64,000 nucleotides of DNA, taken from Schmidtea polychroa. Lineage: Eukaryota. Shown here one piece after another: positions 54,624-64,000 of this stretch (positions within the stretch are counted from its first letter, which is position 1; each line of letters starts with the position of its first letter). The stretch lies in the NCBI GenBank assembly GCA_044892525.1, contig CM097885.1:42038001-42102000 (forward strand), written 5' to 3'. Both the position numbers and the translations under genes were made by a program. The notes beneath the pieces were generated by a model that did no database searches, was not told the origin of the DNA, and saw nothing but the letters and a program-made list of their open reading frames with translations.

Positions 54624-57600
54624 TTATACCATTGTTGCCAGGGGACCTGAATGCAATGTGCGCATTCCCCCATATCTTTCATCCGTTAGCCGGTATATGT
54701 CAAATTCGTTTACCCAATCGTCTAGGGTTTGTATTCTGAGTAATTTTTGCGTCCATAGTCTGCTTGACCTTGGATCTTCAATCGCTTCGTACTCTTCTGG
54801 ATTCGGGTTTTCTGTTGGAATACCATATTCGGAATTCTCCACTTGTGGCCATTTTTTTCTGCCTTTAGGTTTTTGTTTACATATTTTGGAGGTTCTTATC
54901 CATTGGATTATTATTGATGTTATCACTGCACTCATTATTGCGCTAGCGATCCACATCATTTTAACGGTTATCAGTGTCTTGTTGTTGAATTTTCCTGTCG
55001 TCATCATCATTTTAGTTTCTGTTGTAGTGGCCTCCTGTGTTTTATTTTTCTTGAGCATCTGGTATAACTGTTTCGTTTCTTCTGCCGTTAGATGTTCGTT
55101 TCCTTTTGGCTTTTCCACTTCTTTTGGTTTTCTGGTTGCCAATGGTATGTTTTTCAACCGTGGTCGTTGTCTGGTTATTGCTTGGCATGAACTTAAATCG
55201 CTTCCGTTTTTAAGAACGCATATGTGGTATCGTCCCTTTCTTTCTCCTATTGTCATTTTAACTTCTGCACCTTTGTCAAGTAGTGTTTCTATGCAGTCGA
55301 CTATTCCTGTCCTGTTTAGTACACATACTCTTACTATTGGTTCTTCACCTTGGTTTCTGACCGTGATTACTTCTTCTCTTTTCTTGTTGAATTCGACATT
55401 TACTAGTACTTCTCGTCTCTCATCTTTGATCCATATTACTGTTGTGTTTTTCTTGGTTTGGTGCTGTCCTCTTATCATTCCCGTACGGGATTGTTTCTGG
55501 GGTTTCTTAATTGCCGGTTTGATCCTTGGTTGATATCGTTTACTAGCCATACTTTTTGGCCTGCTTTTTATTTGCGCGGTTTTAACTGCTTTACATACCA
55601 CTATTGCCTGGGTACCTGCGCATACCACCATGTTGGTGTTTGGTTTTACGTTTGTCCAAAAAAATTCGCGATCTCGTTTCATGTCCACCGTTATACATAT
55701 GTCTTCGTCATCTCTAAAACATATTTGCGTTGTTGGCAAATTTCCTTTATCTATTATTTCGATACCTTCCATTGTAGCTTTAATTGCGACATGTACTCCG
55801 GTTTCGTTAGCTCTTTCCAATTCTTTTTCTTCTGATGTTATGTCTTCGCAAATGTTGTAGTCTCCGCATAATTCAGGTTCTCCATTTTGACTATTGAAAA
55901 TCCTCCCTTTTGTTATCGTTCTAAAATCACAACTTACTCCGGTTCCTTCCATCAATTGGATGCATATCCCGACCGCGTTTCCGTCGTTGCCGCTGACTTT
56001 TATCATGAATAGTTCGCCTTCTTTCAGATTTCCTCTCGTAATTCGCGTATTTTTCGTTTCTGTTAGGCAAATTGACGTTAGTATTATTAGGATAATTTGT
56101 AGTAGGAGTGACTGGTTTAGATTCTTCCGCATTACTATGTTATGCAGTGGGGACTTTCGTTTGTCGTTCTCTGTTTCATTATGTAGGTTGTCATCACTTT
56201 GGTCTGAGTTGTCCTCAGTATCCTTCAAGTCTTCGTCGTCATCTTCTGACTCCTTGTCTTCTTTATTATCTCGTTCGCCTGAATTCCCATTTATGTTGTT
56301 CCTTTCATGGTTCCCGTCGTCTTCCTCATTTTTGTCGTTATGGTCTTTGTCATTTTTTCCACTCCGGCCTTTTCCAAAAATGTCGTCTTCGACATGTGAT
56401 GTTTTGATCATTTCTTCGTGTTTATTTAAATGACTATTCTTCAGTGATTCTCTTACTATTGTCACTTTTCTATTGGATGGCCATGGTAATTCTTGTTCAC
56501 ATCTGATTCTCTCGTATTCACCATATTTTGATATCAACTCCGTTGTTCGTTTATATTCAAATCCCATAATCTCAGTACCCCGTACGTCTTTGACAAACTG
56601 TTTCATTAGCTGCGGCCATCTTTCCCTAAATCTGTTAATATATTTCTTCGTTTGATCGATTGCTTGTTTTACTAAGATTATTTGATTTTCCTTCATAATC
56701 TTTCGTTCAATCTTTTCTATTTCTGGTTCCACTTCATTGTTGAATATCTGTTGGATTTTTCTCAGTATTTCCGTTACTGATTCGTTGTCTCTGTTTTTCT
56801 TTAAGATTAAGATATTAACTTCGTTTGGCCATATCATCACATCTACTAAATGTATGCTCATTTTAACTTTATAACCATTGTCGTATAGCTGTTTATTTTT
56901 ATGACTTGTTCCCATCTTTTGTTGTACCCAATTATACAGTTTATCGGTATTTGTTACTTTTAATTCAATAATCTGTATCTGAGTTTCAGGGTGTTGAATA
57001 CTTACTTGGTATTGATCTGGATCAACTTCTTTCAATTTTCCTTTATATTTCGTCACCAAATCTTTCCATGTTGCCGTTAATATATCTCCTTCCCACTGGT
57101 ATGCTTGAGTTATCAGTTTTATACATTTTCTGTATGTTGGTTCGTTGATATAGCTCTCATTTCGTTCTCTTTCCGATACCGTGTCGGAAATTTCCTCAAA
57201 TATTTCCTCATCGTCATTTTCTATCAGTGATTTCATATCGTCGCTCTCACCCTCTTCGTTATTTTGAGGTGTTCCTTGTTCATTATTTTCATCACTTGAT
57301 TGAGATAATGCACTTCTCAGACTACTCATCGTACTTTTCTCGTCTTCCTGGTCCGTCTGATCCTTCTGTATTTGTCTCAGCATGTTTATATTGGCTCTGT
57401 TACTTGGTTCTTTCTTTTCGAACCACTCATTTTTCCTGAACCAGTTGTCTTTTACTTTTTCTTTTACTTGCTCATCCGTTAAATTTGGTTCTTCTCTTCT
57501 AATTCTATCTTCAATTTTTTGTAGTAATACCCTCTGAATTCGATTCTTTGTAACAATCTCGTTGCTTTTTGGTTCGTGCCCTGTTTCATCACTTCTTCGT

Positions 57601-59564
57601 CTCTTTTCTTTTTCCTCTTTGGTGAACTCTTGTATTATTTTTATTTTATCCTCGCTACTCAGTTCTGTCAATTGCTCCGTCAATTGATGTGACCCATTTT
57701 CTTTTATCGCTTTCGTCTCGTTGATTACGGTTATATCGCTCCCTTCCTTGTTAACACACTGCTCCGCAGTGTGCGGTTCCCCTTTGTTCATTGATCTCAT
57801 CATATTTATTCTTCCGGTGTTGGTTTCTCGCTTTTTCCATCTTTTTTGAATTTCTCTGGCTTTTTCGTTTAGTGGTCTCTGCCCTTCGATTCGTTGCTGG
57901 TCTTGTTGTTCTCTTGTTGGTCGTTTCCGGATATCCTCTGGTATCCGTTGGATCATCTTTTTCAACTGTTCAATTTTCTGCATGATGTTGATTTGTATAT
58001 TTTGACTTGGATCGTTTGCTCTTGGTTGATTATGTTTTGTCTTCATCGCGCATTCTCTCGCCACATGTCCAAGTTGGTTGCAACTGTAGCAGGTTCTAGT
58101 CCTTCCTCCTCTCATCGACATCATTGGTCCTCGGCATATATTTTCTGTGTGACCCCTTTTACCGCAATTTTGGCACATCCTTGTCTTATAACACTCGTTG
58201 CTCCAATGTCCTAGTCGTTGACATATGTTACACTTCCGATTATTGTTCTCGTTGTTCCTGAAATTATTAGTATAAAATTGAATATTACCTCTGTTATCTG
58301 GATTTGTCATTTTTGGCGCCTTGAACAACTGTTGCGATTCTGAGATAAATTGATTCATTCCTAGATTTCCATTGTTGGTTTGATTAATTTCGGTTGTCGT
58401 TGTTGGTGTTGTAGCTATTGGTACTGCTGCCATTGCTGCTACTTGTACTGGAGTCAAGTAGTTTTCACATTTATTAGCGATTTTTAATGCTTCCTCGAGC
58501 GTGTCTGGTGCTCGGCACCCCACTGTTGCTCGTATGTCCTTTCTTTTCATACCCTCTACGAATACGGCTATTATCTTGTCTTCCGGAACTGTTTGATTTG
58601 AATCGAATGCTTCTTTTGCCAGTCGTCTTAATTCACATGCATATAGAGCGTTTGACTCATTGTATTTCTGCTTTCGATGCAGAAAATCCAACATTTTGCG
58701 ATTTCCTTCCCTTTTGCTACTGAATGTTTTTATTAAAAAATTCTTTATTGATTTCCATGTTTTTAGTTTTGTTGCATCACACTTTGCTTCTAAATATACA
58801 TCTTGTGCACTTCCTCTTAAATATAATGGTATTCGCTCTCGTACGACTATGTCTGGCCAGTGACATATCGTAATATATACCTCGAATTCTTTTATAAACG
58901 TTTCTAGTTCATTAATATTCTCATCGAATGGTTCTCCTCGAAATCTTTCTCTAAATTCTCCAACATTGACGTTGACATGGTTTATTTCGGGTGTGTATGT
59001 CGACTCTGACCCATTCGGGTTGTTCACTTGGTTTCCGTCTAACATTATATCTCGACACAAACTTGTTATGCCTGAACTACTATCTTCCTTGTCTGTTGGT
59101 TTGATATCAGTTACCGGATATAATTCGTTTCTTTTAATATCGTCGCTGTTTTCACTTTCGTTGGTTAAGCTGTCTGATTCAAATAATGTTTTCACTGACG
59201 CTGGTTTCTTATTGATTCTTCTGTTTCTCTTGGCTCTTTGTCTCCCTGCGTTTCCTAATAAACTAGAGCCTCCTTTGCTCTGCGATCTCGTTCGATTGGC
59301 TTGATTATCAATTTTTCTTGCTTTAATAATCTCTTTTGAATTTCACTGTGTTTTGTTGGCCAACGCTTTAATTTTCCTCTTGTTATTTAATTTGACTTTG
59401 TTTACCTTTCTTCTATCCTCGTTTGATTCTCTTGATTCCTTAGTTGTTTTCTTTTGAATTTTTGATTTCTCTTTATTTCTCTTGAATTCTTGGCTTGTAT
59501 TGACTTCCTTCTGACTTATTGATTGACTTATTCTAAAATAATTAACACTCCTAGTACATATCAT
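54624..59564 (-). CDS. Gag polyprotein (capsid, 3 CCHC knuckles) fused to a putative type I membrane protein; single in-frame TGA at 59343-59345
   Basis: MICTRS start in the same frame as the 1523 aa ORF; capsid-like LYLRGSAQ..KQKYNES..FVEGM..TLEEAL; CNICQRLGHWSNEC, CQNCGKRGHTENIC, CYSCNQLGHVAREC; internal hydrophobic stretch at 56061-56120 and TM at ~54900-54960. Confidence 0.85.
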
Positions 59565-60182
59565 AATATTTTATTCATTTTATCCTACCCTTCATTTATT
59601 TCCCTATTTTCTTTATTTTATACTACTCTTTACTCATTATTTCTCTCGCTGTTCCTTTTCTAATTGATGGTACGCTTTTACTTTTTGCTACTCACCCCCC
59701 TTTGAATTTAAGTCCATTTTTAATTATCTATAACTCGTATCAATTATCTATATCGTCGTATCAATTATCTATCGTATAATCACAACATCAATTATATAAT
59801 TCAAAAATATATATCATTAGTCATATACATATAAAACTCATCAGTAACTTAATTAATATCTCCTCATTCGCTTTTCCCCATTCAAAAATTTGGTTTCATT
59901 TTCTCTTGCGCCGGCGCTCTATCATAATTTTCCTTTAATCATTACCTCTTTGTCGCACTTAATCTATGTCAATTTAATCGATTTCATCTTAATCGTTTAT
60001 CTCTTTTATTTCGTTCATAGTTAATCATCGACGCTTCGGTTCGCGCGACCTCTACGTCTACATTTATTTACCATCGGCTCCCTGGCTGGTTTAATCACCT
60101 CTCTTATTTCATTTAAATCATTTATTTTCATTCAATTACCATCGGCTCTCTGGCCGGTTTAATCAACTCATTTTAATCTCAT

Positions 60183-60930
60183 GAAGTCTTTTACGACTCC
60201 TAGACGCCTGGGCTTTAACACCATTACGCCATATAATTCACTATCAACCATCAACGCTTCGGTTTATTCGACCTCCGCGTCGGCATCGGCTTCCGGCCGG
60301 TTTAATTATACTTTTAATCTCCGAAGTCTTTTACGACTCCTAGACGCCTGGGTATTTACACCATTACGCCATATAATTCACTATCAACCATCAACGCTTC
60401 GGTTTATTAGACCTCCGCGTCGGCATCGGCTTCCGGCCGGTTTAATTATACTTTTAATCTTTGAAGTCTTTTACGACTCCTAGACGCCTGGGCTTTAACA
60501 CCATTACGCCATATAATTCACTATCAACCATCAACGCTTCGGTTTATTCGACCTCCGCGTCGGCATCGGCTTCCGGCCGGTTTAATCATATTTTAAACTT
60601 TGAAGTCTTTTACGACTCCTAGACGCCTGGGTTCTTACACCGTTACGCCATATAATTCACTATCAACCATCAACGCTTCGGTTTATTCGACCTCCGCGTC
60701 GGCATCGGCTTCCGGCCGGTTTAATTATACTTTTAATCTCCGAAGTCTTTTACGACTCCTAGACGCCTGGGTATTTACACCATTACGCCATATAATTCAC
60801 TATCAACCATCAACGCTTCGGTTTATTAGACCTCCGCGTCGGCATCGGCTTCCGGCCGGTTTAATTATACTTTTAATCTTTGAAGTCTTTTACGACTCCT
60901 AGACGCCTGGGCTTTTACACCTTTACGCCG
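60183..60930 (-). repeat. ~5.3 x 140 bp tandem repeat in the leader of element A
   Basis: Units start at 60183, 60323, 60463, 60602, 60742 and 60882. Confidence 0.95.
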
Positions 60931-63595
60931 TATTCGCGGTCTTCGGTCCCTGATCGGTTTCAAATGCCCTAAATGAGGTTTCTTCAACCCCCAGACGCCT
61001 TCAGTTTTTACACCTACTATCGTCCCTACCGCGATTAAATTGAGTTGACAGTTGACTTTCGGACCAATTAAAAATTTAAGGTTCCTCCTACTCAAATTAT
61101 TAATCTGCTGAGGCCTCACAACTAGCTCAATTCTTGGCCGCCTATTGAAAAGAGTTTAATACCGGTAACCCTAATCTCATCGCCGTTTCACTGGGCCTAT
61201 CGGTACTCGGTGTGGGCATCCGGGTTTTGTACCGACCCCTGCTAGCAATAATCACGAAGAAAAAAACATCCTATCTATCAGGATTTAAAAAACACGGAAA
61301 TGCCTAATCGCCTCGATCTTGATTCTCAAAAGTGATGAACCAGATCTCCCGACTAGTGAAGATAAAAGGAAATTGGATATGCAGTTGACTCTCGGTCTCC
61401 CGCCTCACAACTGGTCCAATCTTGGTTGCCTGTTGAGTACGAGTCCTTTACCGGTTGACCCGCATCTCACAACCGTTTCACTGGGCTCCTTAATACTCGG
61501 TGTAGGTAACTGGGTCTCTCTCGCTCGCTACCCTTCCGGGTTTTTGTATCAAGTCCCGCTAGCCAATCAAAAAAAAATGCACCCAATACTCGGTGTGGGT
61601 ATCCGGGTTTTTGTATTGGGTGATCCAGCATCATCAGTCCCTTGGCTGATAATCTCCTGGACACTACAGTCCGGTGGTTAGCCGCTGTACTCGGGTGCCT
61701 CATCACTCGCTAGGGAAAAATTCATATCATCCAATTTGAAGTCCAAAAACGGTTTCTTCAAATCCGCAGCTGCTCTCGGATAATTAAAATTTTTATCTTT
61801 TGGTGCACCTTTTCAATTTTTATTTTTTATCTTTTTCTTTTTATTTACCTTCTAGTTTGTCCTTGTCTCCCAAATTCAAAAAATATAATAATCGCGTTGG
61901 TTCATTTCCCACAAGTGGTGATCAGTCACTCGACAGAAACTCCCCAACATTTGCGATGGGCCCTACTATACTCTTCTCATCAAGGTGATCAGGATTTCCC
62001 CATCCGGGTAAGCATCGTAGGGACGATATGCTTCTCATCCCCTTATGGTCCTGTCTCTCTATGCCAAAAATAAAAAAAAAACAGGAAAAAAAAAATGGTA
62101 ATCGTACTGATCTTATAGATCAGCTCACACTTGATGCGATCCCAGCCAGTCCTGTATTTAATTCACGGCTTTCGCCAATTTAATTTGTGTGTTGCTTGTC
62201 TATTTATTTAACGGCTTTTGTGTATTTCATATGTCTATGTTCAACGTATGTTTTATACCTTTCGGTTGCTATTATGGAATTAGTTTTACTAACATTCTAC
62301 TAACTCACACTCGGCTGCAATTCATTTCATCATCTTCAATTTTTCTACATCTCCCTCAGGGAGGTACACTACTACTCTTTCTCTCATGTTTGCGTCACAT
62401 ACATTACAATCGCTTCAGTTTCAATGCACAATCTTGGCAATAACATAGATGTCCGCAAGGTACCATCATTATTTTTATCTCATTGCTTCTACACACACAA
62501 CATTTGAATTCATTATCGATCGCCTCTCTTATCGCATCTTCAACCGTTTAAATTTTTATCTTTAATTCTTGCCATTTGATGTTAAATTTGGCCTTATCTA
62601 AACGTAAATTCTGAATCTGATATACTCTTTGAGTAGTTAATTCCACATTTGGTGTAGCAATTCTCATCATTATACACAATTCATCATCTACTGGTCTTGG
62701 TTTTAAGATCAGCCCTTCTTGAGTGTTTGCCAACTGCTCTGCTTTTCAATTCAATCTTTGTAGTGAGTTGTTAGTTAAATTTACGAATTTTCAAGTTTCT
62801 TTATAATGTAGCCGGTTAATTCCATCAAGTTATACTTTATTAATTCAGCATTTTATTAAGTGTTCTTATTCCCCTTTAATTAGCTTACCTCTACACATTT
62901 ATTTCCTTATTCAAATTATGTAAGTTCAATAGCTGTTTTACCCTGTTAGTTTAGGCTCCCCATCCATTAAATGATGTTCCGCGCATTCTTATCCGTTCCA
63001 TCTAGTTTATTATCTTAGTCTACATAACCCTTTTGATCCCAGCTTGTCCATAATTTTAGTCATTTTATCAAATACTCAATATACCCCTTTAATCTTTAAC
63101 GTAGTTTTACATCTTCCCCCTATTTTTAATTAATTGCATCATCTATCTATTTCTATTTCGCAATTCACTGTTTTATGCTTTATCCCCTTTTTCTTTATAC
63201 CGTTATTTTCTATTCCCCCCCTTTTCCCTATTTTTGAATTTTTTATTATTTTCTTATATCCAAAGTATTAGTTGTTTATATTTACAATTTTTATTATTTT
63301 TGATTTTTATTTCATTTCTTACCCATCAACATTCTGTCCCATCAACACGGAACGCTCATACATTATTCTCATACCCAGTTTTATCGATTTTCTATATTTA
63401 CATAATTTAAAACATTTTATTCATCATGTACAACATTCAACATTCATTTTGATCATACACGCATATTCACACATCATGTCTAGTTATTTGAGAAAACAAT
63501 CTTTCTTACTCTTGCATAAAGCATTTCATTTCCTGATCAAAAAACTGCTATGCATTCCCGTCTACTTACAGGTTCTTTACCAAGAAAGTTTAAAT

Positions 63596-63613
63596 ATCCC
63601 GGCTGAGCCCCCA
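63596..63613 (-). promoter_or_regulatory. tRNA-Pro primer-binding site of element A
   Basis: Minus strand reads TGGGGGCTCAGCCGGGAT, identical to the PBS of element B. Confidence 0.85.
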
Positions 63614-64000
63614 AATTTGCATGGTGGGTTACTGATGATCAAATATTTTGTTCTTTAGTGCTGTTTCCAGCGTAACCCAGAATACAACATTGTTTACCGC
63701 TTGATACCCGTTGAACGATCAACGTTGGTACTGTATCAAGAGGGTGAGTACTCGCAAAAAGTGAGCGCACTACTTGCACTGTAATTGTCGAGCACTCTAA
63801 TGGGTTCACGGACTATCGTTAGAAGATGTATGTCCGATTTACGCAGGTCCCTTATTATAATCACTTCCTCAACTATGCCTATACAAACTTTCTATCCTCA
63901 AACGATCATAAGTCATCAGGAATCATACATTACTCTATTAAAGCCTGTTCATACAACACCACATCTAAAATGTTTGAATATAAATTAAGTGAAACATAAC

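Larger units (their letters stand above)
47004..64000 (-). mobile_element. Giant-LTR retroelement family A, pol-less copy (3' LTR 47004-52373; internal 52374-63621; 5' LTR from 63622 past the window end)
   Basis: 63622-64000 looks identical to 47004-47382; TG...CA termini; Pro PBS; gag ORF. LTR size is reminiscent of planarian Burro-type elements (inference). Confidence 0.92.

Noticed and set aside
54658..59304. Plus-strand ORFs up to 291 aa
   Set aside because: Antisense shadows of the A-rich gag-TM ORF with no recognisable motifs.

Overview
AT-rich eukaryotic (animal) genomic DNA with 40-50 nt introns and giant LTR elements; a planarian-like host is my inference. Two host genes are readable: a multi-exon LHPP-like phosphatase (minus strand, 4 exons, 3' part not found) and an intact ER Hsp70/BiP gene with ERSE-like promoter elements. 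Most of the rest is mobile DNA. (i) The right end of one Polinton/Maverick (pPolB C-terminus, IAP-type RING gene, terminus) lies at 1-2812. (ii) A second, internally deleted Polinton with both TIRs (12445-39363) split a Penelope element. It carries a ~4.9 kb solo LTR, into which a second LTR element inserted. (iii) A young ~5.4 kb-LTR retroelement (47004->64000, minus strand) has no pol and encodes one long Gag (3x CCHC) polyprotein fused to a signal-peptide/Cys-rich ectodomain/transmembrane module. (iv) hAT, Tc1-like MITE and Gypsy remnants are also present, plus actin and cold-shock-domain fragments. The most interesting signals are the Gag-membrane-protein fusion, a covarying bulged stem-loop and an offset tRNA-Pro PBS shared by two diverged LTR families, and a spliced SIM-bearing gene inside the Polinton that the ORF track misses. 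All calls come from reading the sequence by eye; no searches were run.
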